DNA of 64,000 bases from an uncultured Planctomycetota bacterium (GTDB lineage Bacteria > Planctomycetota > PLA2 > JAEUHO01): the NCBI GenBank assembly GCA_963752285.1, contig CAVVXN010000005.1, forward strand, positions 1,088,001-1,152,000, given 5' to 3'. Below, piece after piece: positions 47,731 through 56,288 of this stretch. The stretch's first letter is position 1, and every line of letters begins with the position of its first letter. The position numbers were made by a program, and so were the translations under genes. The notes under the pieces are model-generated. The model had not been told where the DNA came from, ran no database searches, and saw nothing but the letters and a program-made list of their open reading frames with translations.

Positions 47731-47991
47731 TCAGTATCCGACGACGCAGTCGCCGCGGTACGGATCGTGGATGTCGTAGTTGAAGAAGTACTCGTCGATG
47801 AACCGCTCGTTGCGCCGGGCGTCCGCGCCCCACTGGCGGAGCATCGCCTTCGTCTTCGTGTCGCACGCGCCCATGTGGCAGGAGTACGGACACCCGCCGA
47901 CGTCCTCGAGGACCGGCGCCGCGAAACGGCAACCGCCGAGGAGCGGGCTCCCCAGCATCAGAGCGAACACCAGGGCCAGGCGCTTCTGCAT
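47731..47991 (-). CDS. Small lipoprotein, Cys-containing
   Basis: GGAGG SD. 'MQKRLALVFALMLGSPLLGGC' lipobox. 86 aa with host-like codon usage. Confidence 0.7.
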   Translation of the reverse strand: MQKRLALVFALMLGSPLLGGCRFAAPVLEDVGGCPYSCHMGACDTKTKAMLRQWGADARRNERFIDEYFFNYDIHDPYRGDCVVGY

Positions 47992-48093
47992 GACCGAACC
48001 TCCCGCCCGCGGGCCTCGTCGGCCCGCCCTCGTCGCGCCACCTCGGGGGATGGCGACCGCTTGTCGCGCCATCCCTCCGATGGCGATGGCGCG

Positions 48094-48122
48094 TAGGTAC
48101 CAATGCGGCCGCGTCGGGTCAA
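48094..48122 (-). promoter_or_regulatory. sigma70-like promoter upstream of small lipoprotein
   Basis: TTGACC, 17 nt, TACCTA with extended TG on the minus strand. Confidence 0.4.
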
Positions 48123-48233
48123 GAGACTCTTCGCGTCCCGGCGGCACGCAAGTGCCCATCCCCCACGCGGTTACGCATTCATGACACGCCACGGACGTGA
48201 CCGCGACAAAGGGCCGTTCCGGACCGCGCTGCG

Positions 48234-49307
48234 TCAGCGCGCACCGTAGAGCCCGTGTGCGCGCACGTACGCGAGCACCGACGGCGAGACGAGGTCGCCG
48301 ACGCTCTCGCCGTTCTGGATCGCGGCGCGGACCCGGCTCGACGACACGTCCACGGCCGGCGCCGGGAGTCGCTCGATCACCACGCTCCGACCCTCGAGCT
48401 CGGGCGGCGGGTCGAGGTCGAAGCCGGGGCGGTCGGCCACGAGGAGCGTGACCATCTCGAGGATCCGACCGCAATCGTGCCAGGTGGGGAAGTCCTGGAA
48501 CATGTCCGCGCCGAGTACGAGGAGGAGGCGGGCGGACTCGGGCTGCGTACGCCGGACGACGTCGAGCGTGTCCACCGTGTAGGACGGGCCCGGGCGGCGT
48601 CCCTCGAGCGAGAGCACCTCCACGCGCCCCAGGCCCTCCACGCCGAGGCGGGCCATCTGCAGGCGGTGGTGGAAGGGCGTCGCCTCTTCCCTCCCGAGCT
48701 TGTGCGGGGGCTGGCCGGCGGGGACGACGAGCAGGCGGTCCGCGACCTTGAGGGCCGCCTCCGCGAGCACCCGGTGGCCCCGGTGGAAAGGGTCGAAGCT
48801 GCCCCCCAGGATCGCGACGCGCGGCCCTACCGGCTCCGGGGGGGCGCGCCGCGGGCGGGCGTGGAAGACCTCGAGGGCCAGCGCGAAGGCGAGCGCGAGG
48901 GAGAGGCCCGTCGCCGCCACGGGGAGGGGTCCGAAGCGGCAGAGGAGCGCGACGACGAGCGCCCCGGCCGAGGCGGCGAGGAGGACCGCGCGGGTCCCCA
49001 CCGGAAGCGGCGGGAGCCTCACGAGGAACGCCGACGCGACGAGCAGCCAGGCCAGGGCGTCCAGGACCGTCGCGACGGCCCCCGGAACCGTCGCGAGGAG
49101 CAACGCGAGGACGCCGGCGGCGAACACGACCGTCTCGCCCTGGCCTCTTCGGAGGCGGATCGGGAGGCAGAGGAGCGCGCCCCCCGCGCCGACCACGAGC
49201 GCGAGCCCGCCGACGAGTCCCCGGCCGGCGCTCACGTTCCACCCGAGGAGGAGGAGGCCCGAGAGCGCGAGCAGGAGGGGAACCCAGAGGTCGCTCTTCT
49301 CGCTCAA
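48234..49307 (-). CDS. nadD: Nicotinate-nucleotide adenylyltransferase with N-terminal multi-TM domain
   Basis: 'GGSFDPFHRGH', 'PPHK', 'SYTVDTL', 'LGAD', 'SSSRVR'. First ~150 aa hydrophobic. Confidence 0.9.
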   Translation of the reverse strand: MSEKSDLWVPLLLALSGLLLLGWNVSAGRGLVGGLALVVGAGGALLCLPIRLRRGQGETVVFAAGVLALLLATVPGAVATVLDALAWLLVASAFLVRLPPLPVGTRAVLLAASAGALVVALLCRFGPLPVAATGLSLALAFALALEVFHARPRRAPPEPVGPRVAILGGSFDPFHRGHRVLAEAALKVADRLLVVPAGQPPHKLGREEATPFHHRLQMARLGVEGLGRVEVLSLEGRRPGPSYTVDTLDVVRRTQPESARLLLVLGADMFQDFPTWHDCGRILEMVTLLVADRPGFDLDPPPELEGRSVVIERLPAPAVDVSSSRVRAAIQNGESVGDLVSPSVLAYVRAHGLYGAR

Positions 49308-49371
49308 CGGCTCCTCCGGGGGCGGAGGGTATCACGCACGACCCCGCGCGGACCCGCGGTACGTTCGCGCC

Positions 49372-50364
49372 GTGCGAGCGCTTCGGCCGGTCCCCGTCCT
49401 CGTCGGTCCGACCGCCTCCGGGAAGACCGCGGTCGGGGTTCTCCTGGCCCGGCGAGTCGGCGCGGAGGTGATCGCGTGCGACGCGTACACCGTGTACCGC
49501 GGCCTCTCGATCTTGACGGCGGCACCCGACGCGGTACCCGACGTCCCGCACCACCTCGTCGGCGAGCGCGCCCCCGACCGGCCGTGGAACGCGGCCCTCT
49601 TCGTGGAGGCGGCCGACCGGCTCGTCGGGGAGATCGGGGCGCGCGGTCGGCGCCCGCTCGTGGTCGGCGGGACGGCGCTCTACCTGCGCGCGTTCCAGAA
49701 GGGCTTCGGCGCCGCGGTGCCGCGCGACGACCGGCTCCGCGCCGCGCTCCGGGAGATCGCCCAGCGCGAGGGCACGAAGGCGCTCCACGCCCGGCTCGCC
49801 CGCGCCGACCCAGCGCGCGCCCGCGAGGTCCACGAGAACGACGTGGTGCGCCTCGTCCGCGCCCTCGAGATCGTCGCGGCGACGGGCCGGCCGGCGAGCG
49901 CGCAACGCGGCGAGTGGTCGGGCCCCGACCGGCGGCGTCTCGCGATCGTCGGCCTGCGGCGCGAGCCCGCGGACCTCGAACGGCGGATCGAGGCGCGCAC
50001 GCGCGCGATGTTCGACGCGGGGGTGCGGAACGAGGTGGCGGCCCTCCGCCTCCACGCGGTGAGCCGCGAGGCGTCGCTGACGATCGGGCTCTCGGAGGTG
50101 GGCCGGCTCCTCGACGGCGAGATCGACGAGGCCGCGGCGATTCGGCTCGTCGTCAGGGCGACGCGACGGCTCGCGCGGAAGCAACGGACCTTCTTCGCCT
50201 CGTTCGAGGACGTCACGTGGCTCGACGTCGGGCCCGACGAGAGCCCCGCGTCGGTCGCGGACCGCGCGGAAGCGGCGCTACGCCGACAGGGTGCGCTCGA
50301 CGCGCCTGGCGAGCGCGCGGGACCCGACCCCGCCGCTCAGGCGGAGGGCGGGACGTCGGCGTAG
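49372..50364 (+). CDS. miaA: tRNA dimethylallyltransferase
   Basis: 'GPTASGKT', 'VYRGL', 'PHHL', 'GGTALY', 'RALEI', 'ARKQRTFF'. Confidence 0.93.
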   Translation: MRALRPVPVLVGPTASGKTAVGVLLARRVGAEVIACDAYTVYRGLSILTAAPDAVPDVPHHLVGERAPDRPWNAALFVEAADRLVGEIGARGRRPLVVGGTALYLRAFQKGFGAAVPRDDRLRAALREIAQREGTKALHARLARADPARAREVHENDVVRLVRALEIVAATGRPASAQRGEWSGPDRRRLAIVGLRREPADLERRIEARTRAMFDAGVRNEVAALRLHAVSREASLTIGLSEVGRLLDGEIDEAAAIRLVVRATRRLARKQRTFFASFEDVTWLDVGPDESPASVADRAEAALRRQGALDAPGERAGPDPAAQAEGGTSA

Positions 50365-51380
50365 AGCGCGCGCGTCTCGTCGATGCGCTCCTGCCAGGCG
50401 CGCGCGAGGCGCTCGGGCGAGACGATCCGCGCCCGCTGTCCGTACTCGGCGAGCCAGCGGAAGAGGCCCTCCTCGCTCCGGACGATCACCTCGAAGCGCC
50501 CGCGCCCGTCGTCGAGCCGCGTCAGGGTGCCCACGCCGTGGCGCCGCCGCTCCATCAGCCAGGTCGCCGTCGGGTCGAGCTCCAGCACGACCGCGACCTC
50601 GGGGCCCTCCGCGATCTCGAACTCCTCGGTCCCGATGTGGCGGCTGGCGTCGAATCCCTCGGGAACCTCGTACGCGCCGTCCTGGCGGTCCGCCATGGAG
50701 ACGCGGCCGCGGATCCGATCGAGACGGAAGTTCCTCACGTCGTCGCGCGACTCGTCGTGGCCCACGAGGTACCAGTTGCCACCGCCCACGCCGAGGCCCC
50801 ACGGCCGGACGACGCGCGCGCTCGCCGTCTCGGCGTCCGGCGGCTGGTAGCGGAACTGCACACGGCGCCGGCGCCCGAGGGCCTCGCCGAGCACGCCGAG
50901 GTGCACGCGCCCGGGGTCCCGGCCCGGCCGGCCGAGGGTGAGCAGGTGTTGCTCCCCCATCGACGCGCGGAGCGGTTCTGGCAGTCGCGAGTCGATCGTG
51001 AGCTTCGCGAGGGCGCTCTTGAGGTTTCTCCCGATCGGGTCGTCGACCACGCCCATCGTCTGCTGGAGCACCGCGAGGAGCATCGCGTCCTCGGGCTCGA
51101 GTGTCGTCTCGGGCAGGTAGTACCCCTGCGGGTCGATGACGTAGCCGGCCCGTCCGAAGGAGTCTCCGCTCACGTACTCGATGTCCACGCCGATCGAGCG
51201 CAGGTCGGCCTTGTCGCGGTCGAAGCGCTTCTCGACCGCGTCCGGGCTCGCCTGGTCGTCGTAGCCGACCACCCGCCCCCGGATCTCCGCGAAGGGGACC
51301 GGCGCGCGCGCGGAGAGCAGGTACGAAACCAGGTTGAGCTGGCGCTCGAGCTTCAGCACCTTCGGGTCGCCCGCCTTCAC
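50337..51380 (-). CDS. PafB-like HTH-WYL-WCX transcriptional regulator
   Basis: 'ERQLNLVSYLL..GY..AVEKRFDRDKADLRSIG', 'WYLVGHD..RNFRLDRI'. Confidence 0.88.
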   Translation of the reverse strand: MKAGDPKVLKLERQLNLVSYLLSARAPVPFAEIRGRVVGYDDQASPDAVEKRFDRDKADLRSIGVDIEYVSGDSFGRAGYVIDPQGYYLPETTLEPEDAMLLAVLQQTMGVVDDPIGRNLKSALAKLTIDSRLPEPLRASMGEQHLLTLGRPGRDPGRVHLGVLGEALGRRRRVQFRYQPPDAETASARVVRPWGLGVGGGNWYLVGHDESRDDVRNFRLDRIRGRVSMADRQDGAYEVPEGFDASRHIGTEEFEIAEGPEVAVVLELDPTATWLMERRRHGVGTLTRLDDGRGRFEVIVRSEEGLFRWLAEYGQRARIVSPERLARAWQERIDETRALYADVPPSA

Positions 51381-52783
51381 CGAACCTCCTTCGCGAGCCA
51401 CCGGCCGTGGCGGAACCATAGCACGTAGGCCACCGCGACCGCGAGGTGCAGGAACACCGGAACGGCCCAGAAGGTCCGGAGGCCCAGCGTGTCGGCGTGC
51501 GCGGCCACCCAGCCGGCCAGGGGGTACCCGATCACCCCGTACGCGAGGGTCTCGATCACGAACGGGAACTTCGTGGCGCCGGCCCCGGCGAGCGCCTGCG
51601 ACACCACGACGGCCACCGCGAGGAAGACGTACCCCGCCGACGAGACGTAGAGGTACGTCCGACCGAGCTGGCGCACGACCTCCGTGTTGACGGTGGGCCC
51701 CACGTCGAACCCCATCAGCCGGAGCAGCGGGTCGGCGAAGAGGACGTAGGCGCCCGCGAAGAGCAGCATCATCGTCATGTTCAGGCCCAGGCTGATCCAC
51801 GTCGCCCGGACGGCGCGGTCCGGCAGGTGGCGGCCCAGGTTCTGGCCCACGAAGGTCGCCGCGGCGGCGCCCCAGCCGAAGCCGCCGAAGAGCGCGAGGC
51901 TGTCGAGGCGGAGCCCGACGCCGAACGCCGCCTGGACCTCGGTCGTGCCCAGGTGGGCGAGCGGGGCCGCGCGCGCGAGGAAGCGCAGGACGTACAAGTA
52001 CGAGAGCATCCGCACGAGCCACTGCGCGCACGACGGGACGCCGATCCGGAGGATCGACCAGACCATCGACCCGCGCCAGGCGAAGCGACGGAGCATCAGG
52101 CCCGCGAAGCCCCGGTAGAGGACGGCCACCCCCACCGCCGCGAAGAGGCCGCGCGAGATGACGGTGGCCCACGCGGCCCCGGCCACGCCCATCGGGGGGA
52201 GCCCGAGTCCGCCGAAGACGAACCAGACGTCCAGCACGATGTTCAGGACGTTGGCGGCCACGATGAGCAGCATGGGGAGCATGCTGTTCCCCGCCGCCCG
52301 CATGGCCCCGGTGACGGTCAGGAGCACGAACATCGTGCCGGTGCCCGCGCTCATGATGGCGAGGTACGCGGTCGCGGGCGCGACGACGGCGCCCTGCGCG
52401 CCGAGGTGAGAGACGATGTCGCCCGCGTAGATCCACGGCGGCACCCCGAACACCACCGACAGGAGCAGGGTCACGAGCAGCCCCTGCTCGGCGGCGAGGC
52501 TCGCGCGGCGCCGGTTGCCGAGGCCGTGGTGCCGGGCCACCAGCGCGATGATCGCGTTCACGATCCCGTTGAAGATGATCATCGGGATCGAGTTGACGAG
52601 CGACGGGATCGTCACCGCCGCGACGGCGACCTCCGGGTGCGGCAGCCGCGCCACGATGACGAGGTCGACGAGGTTGAACAGGGCGGCCAGCATCATGGCC
52701 GCCACGAGGGGGAGCCCGAACGCGAAGATGCCCCTCAAGAGCGGTGCACGCGTGATCCCGGCACCGCTCTCGAGGGGCTCCAC
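51377..52783 (-). CDS. MATE family efflux transporter
   Basis: 'FNLVDLVIV', 'NIVLDVWFVFG..MGVAGAAWAT', 'GQNLG'. About 12 TM segments. Confidence 0.9.
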   Translation of the reverse strand: MEPLESGAGITRAPLLRGIFAFGLPLVAAMMLAALFNLVDLVIVARLPHPEVAVAAVTIPSLVNSIPMIIFNGIVNAIIALVARHHGLGNRRRASLAAEQGLLVTLLLSVVFGVPPWIYAGDIVSHLGAQGAVVAPATAYLAIMSAGTGTMFVLLTVTGAMRAAGNSMLPMLLIVAANVLNIVLDVWFVFGGLGLPPMGVAGAAWATVISRGLFAAVGVAVLYRGFAGLMLRRFAWRGSMVWSILRIGVPSCAQWLVRMLSYLYVLRFLARAAPLAHLGTTEVQAAFGVGLRLDSLALFGGFGWGAAAATFVGQNLGRHLPDRAVRATWISLGLNMTMMLLFAGAYVLFADPLLRLMGFDVGPTVNTEVVRQLGRTYLYVSSAGYVFLAVAVVVSQALAGAGATKFPFVIETLAYGVIGYPLAGWVAAHADTLGLRTFWAVPVFLHLAVAVAYVLWFRHGRWLAKEVR

Positions 52784-52807
52784 GTAGGTTCCGGTCTTCC
52801 GGTAGGG

Positions 52808-53917
52808 CTAGACGAGCGCTTCGGCCGGCTCGACGGCGAAGTCGAAGGCCTCGGCGACGCCCCGATGGGTGATCTTGCCCTTCCAGGCGTTCAGCGCGGA
52901 CTTGAGGTGCTTGTCCTCGCGGACCGCCTTCTCGGCGCCGAGGCGCGCGAGCTTGCGGACCCAGGGCAGCGTCGCGTTCGTCAGGGCGAACGTGGACGTG
53001 CGCGGCACCGCGCCCGGCATGTTCGCGACGCCGTAGTGGACGACCCCGTCCACGACGTACGTCGGCTTGTCGTGCGTGGTGGCCTTGGTGGTCTCGCAGC
53101 AGCCGCCCTGGTCCACGGCGATGTCGACGATCGCCGAGCCGTCCTTCATGTAGCGGAGATACGTGCGCGGGACGAGGATCGGGGCCCGTGCGCCCTCGAG
53201 GAGCACCGCGCCCACGACGAGGTCGGCGTACTCGATGCGCGTCCGGATGTTCGCCGGGTTGGAGAACACGGTGGCCACGTTCTTCGGCATGACGTCGTCG
53301 AGGTAGCGCAGCCGCTCGAGGTCCACGTCCATGATCGTGACCGACGCGCCGAGGCCGGCGGCCATCTTGGCCGCGTTCGTGCCCACGACGCCACCGCCCA
53401 GGATCAGGACGTTCGCGGGCTCGACGCCGGGGACGCCGCCGAGGAGCACGCCGCGCCCGCCGTGTTCGCGCTCGAGGCACGACGCGCCGACCTGGATCGC
53501 CATCCGGCCCGCGACCTCGCTCATCGGCGTCAGGAGCGGCAGGCGGCCGTTCACCTCGAGCGTCTCGTAGGTGAAGCACGCGGACCCGGCCTTCAGCATC
53601 GCCTCGGTCAGCTCGCGCGCGGCCGCGAAGTGGAAGTACGTGAAGATCGTGAGGTCCGAGCGGGCCCAGCCGAACTCCGGCGGCAGCGGCTCCTTGACCT
53701 TGACGATCATCTGGGCCTTCGCCCAGACGTCCGCGGCCTTGTCGATCAGCGTGGCTCCCGCCTGGGTGTACTCCTCGTCGGAGATCCCGCTCCCGAGGCC
53801 CGCGCCGCGCTCGATCATGACCTCGTGACCGTCCTGGACGAGCGACTGGACGCCGCCCGGAACGATGGCGACTCGACCCTCGAGCGCCTTGATCTCCTTC
53901 GGAACGCCGATCCGCAT
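52808..53917 (-). CDS. ald: Alanine dehydrogenase
   Basis: '[10 protein letters not shown]', 'KVKEP', 'PMSEVAGR', 'GGGVVG', 'DQGG', '[12 protein letters not shown]'. Confidence 0.97.
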   Translation of the reverse strand: MRIGVPKEIKALEGRVAIVPGGVQSLVQDGHEVMIERGAGLGSGISDEEYTQAGATLIDKAADVWAKAQMIVKVKEPLPPEFGWARSDLTIFTYFHFAAARELTEAMLKAGSACFTYETLEVNGRLPLLTPMSEVAGRMAIQVGASCLEREHGGRGVLLGGVPGVEPANVLILGGGVVGTNAAKMAAGLGASVTIMDVDLERLRYLDDVMPKNVATVFSNPANIRTRIEYADLVVGAVLLEGARAPILVPRTYLRYMKDGSAIVDIAVDQGGCCETTKATTHDKPTYVVDGVVHYGVANMPGAVPRTSTFALTNATLPWVRKLARLGAEKAVREDKHLKSALNAWKGKITHRGVAEAFDFAVEPAEALV

Positions 53918-54104
53918 GACTACCTCCAAGCGGCGCCTGGTCCGGCGGCGCCTTGTACGAAGTCCCGGGAGTATAGGGCGTTCGAGGTTTCCGGTCGCGC
54001 CCGGGAGGCGGTGCCCGACGGGACGCCGGGCCGGGTCCGACGCGGTCGCCACCCGGCTTCGGTCCCGGCCGGGGGCCCCGATCGTTCGGCTGCGAATGGA
54101 CCGT

Positions 54105-54860
54105 TCACCGCGGGGGAAAGCCCATGCCCGGATAGCCCCCCAGCGTCTTCGCGATCTTCTCGGCATCGTCGGGGGTGACGCCCCGGATGCGGCTCACCGT
54201 GGCCTGGAAGTCGGCATGGCTCTGGACGAGCACGTCCCTCCGCCTCTCGGCGTCCCACTTCTCGCGCGCCGCCTGCATCATGACGTCCCGGTTCTTCTCC
54301 CGATACGTGCGCGTCGCGGCGACCACCGCGGCCCGCGGCTCGGCGTCGAGCATCACACCGGCGCGCTCGAGCACGTTCTCGATGCTCTTCCTCTCTCTCT
54401 CTTCGCGGTCGCGCCGCGACACCTCGTCCCGCAGCGCGCGGAACCACGCGATCTCCTCGGGGTCGAACTCGTCCTTCCCTCCGGCCTCCCTCGGCTCGAC
54501 GCTCGCCGGCGTCTCGACGCCGGAGGTGCCCGCGTCGCCCGCGGACGCGTCCGGCTCCTTCGTCTCGCCGGCGCGCGACGACTCGATCTTCTCCAACCGC
54601 TCCTCGAGCCGGCGCATGCGAGCGAGGAGGGTCTCGTAGGCCTGCCCGTCGAGCGCGGCGGGCGGCCGCACGTCGGGCGAGGGCAGCGCGGGTGTCGCCG
54701 ACGGTGGGGTGGTGACGGGGATCCGGGCGCCCTCCCCCAGGGCGGGCCCGGTGACGCGGTCGGACCGCAGGAAGAGGTCGTAGGTCAGGATCCCGGCGGC
54801 CACGAGCGCTGCGGTAACGAGAACCTGGACGAGGCGCATCGGAGACTCTCCCGGGACCAC
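54105..54860 (-). CDS. Membrane-anchored coiled-coil hypothetical protein
   Basis: N-terminal TM, heptads 'LLARMRRLEERLEKIE', host-like codon usage. Confidence 0.65.
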   Translation of the reverse strand: MVPGESPMRLVQVLVTAALVAAGILTYDLFLRSDRVTGPALGEGARIPVTTPPSATPALPSPDVRPPAALDGQAYETLLARMRRLEERLEKIESSRAGETKEPDASAGDAGTSGVETPASVEPREAGGKDEFDPEEIAWFRALRDEVSRRDREERERKSIENVLERAGVMLDAEPRAAVVAATRTYREKNRDVMMQAAREKWDAERRRDVLVQSHADFQATVSRIRGVTPDDAEKIAKTLGGYPGMGFPPR

Positions 54861-54951
54861 GGGCGATCCTATCGACGCCCGCCGGCCCCCGTGCGGCGCG
54901 CATTCGACGCCGGCGCCACCCCCTGGTATACCCGTCGCCGCATCGACCCCG

Positions 54952-55028
54952 GGGCGTTTAGCTCAGTTGGCTAGAGCACCAGCTCGACAAGCTGGGGGTC
55001 ACTGGTTCGAGTCCAGTAACGCCCACCA
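54952..55028 (+). tRNA. tRNA-Val (GAC)
   Basis: GGGCGTT acceptor stem pairs with AACGCCC-A-CCA. Anticodon arm CCAGC-TCGACAA-GCTGG. T-loop TTCGAGT. Confidence 0.95.
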
Positions 55029-55754
55029 CTTCTTCGGTCGGAGCTCCCAGGTCGCGCGCTTCGTCGCCCGTCGATCGGTCTTCGTCGGACTCGAACCCGC
55101 GACCCCCACGGGGTCGATCATCCTGGGGGGCCGAGCCCCCCAGACCCCCACCGGTTCGAGTCCAGTAACGCCCACCACTTCTTCGGTCGGAGCTCCCAGG
55201 TCGCGCGCTTCGTCGCCCGTCGATCGGTCTTCGTCGGACTCGAACCCGCGACCCCCACGGGGTCGATCATCCTGGGGGGCCGAGCCCTTGAGACCCCCAC
55301 CGGTTCGAGTCCAGGAACGCCCACCACTTCTTCGGTCGGAGCTCCCAGGTCGCGCGCTTCGTCGCTCGTCGATCGGTCTTCGTCGGACTCGAACCCGCGA
55401 CCCCCACGGGGTCGATCATCCTGGGGGGCCGAGCCCTTGAGACCCCCACCGGTTCGAGTCCAGGAACGCCCACCACTTCTTCGGTCGGAGCTCCCAGGTC
55501 GCGCGCTTCGTCGCCCGTCGATCGGTCTTCGTCGGACTCGAACCCGCGACCCCCACGGGGTCGATCATCCTGGGGGGCCGAGCCCTCGAGACCCCCACCG
55601 GTTCGAGTCCAGGAACGCCCACCACTTCTTCGGTCGGAGCTCTCAGGTCGCGCGCTTCGTCGCCCGTCGATCGGTCTTCGTCGGACGCGAACCCGCGACC
55701 CCCAGGGGGTCGATCATCCTGGGGGGCCGAGCCCTTGAGACCCCCACCGGTTCG
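55004..55754 (+). repeat. Five tandem 149-bp units each starting with the 3' 25 nt of tRNA-Val
   Basis: GGTTCGAGTCCAG(T/G)AACGCCCACCA at 55004, 55153, 55302, 55451, 55600. Partial GGTTCG at 55749. Confidence 0.97.
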
Positions 55755-55871
55755 CGCTCCGTAGCGCGCGCCCTGTACTCGCTCGACCCGTCGCGGTCGC
55801 AGAGCGCGCGCTCTGTCGGTCGATCGCCTGCGGTTCCTTCTCTACCCGGGCGGGCGTGTTGCCATCGAAGG

Positions 55872-56210
55872 GTGCTCGTCTCCGTCTCCGCCCTCGGCTC
55901 GGCCGCGATCGCGTACGCGACGCACGTCCTCGCCGGTTGGCCGGCGTGCGCGGTGGCCGCGGTGTTCTGCGCCGGGATGTCGGCCTTGACCTTCGTGTAC
56001 TTCGGCGTGGACAAGGCCCGGGCGCGTTCCGGCGGACGCCGCATCCGCGAGGCGGATCTCCTCGGGGCCGCGCTGCTCGGCGGCGCGTTCGGGGCGCTCC
56101 TCGGCATGCGTCGCTTCCGCCACAAGACGCGCCACCTCCGCTTCCGGATCTTCGTGCCGACGCTGCTCCTGCTGCAGGTGGCGCTCCTCGCCTACGCCGC
56201 GTCCCGGTAG
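55872..56210 (+). CDS. DUF1294 family membrane protein
   Basis: 'YFGVDKARARSGGRRIRE..LLGGAFGALLGMRRFRHKT'. Confidence 0.9.
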   Translation: MLVSVSALGSAAIAYATHVLAGWPACAVAAVFCAGMSALTFVYFGVDKARARSGGRRIREADLLGAALLGGAFGALLGMRRFRHKTRHLRFRIFVPTLLLLQVALLAYAASR

Positions 56211-56288
56211 TCGTCTCCGGAAGGCGGCGCCCCGCCCTCGACCGCGGTTCCGAGCGGGGCGCGGCCGATCGCGCCGGCGAACGTGCGC

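Noticed and set aside
48142..48156. sigma54 promoter (CGGCACGCAAGTGC)
   Set aside because: GG-GC spacing is 9 rather than 10 nt; better read as a palindrome
55118..55625. Three near-identical 69-aa minus-strand ORFs
   Set aside because: Antisense translations of the tandem tRNA-derived repeat with no independent coding evidence
55004..55754. CRISPR array interpretation of the 149-bp repeats
   Set aside because: No unique spacers, the repeat is tRNA-derived, and no cas genes lie in the window
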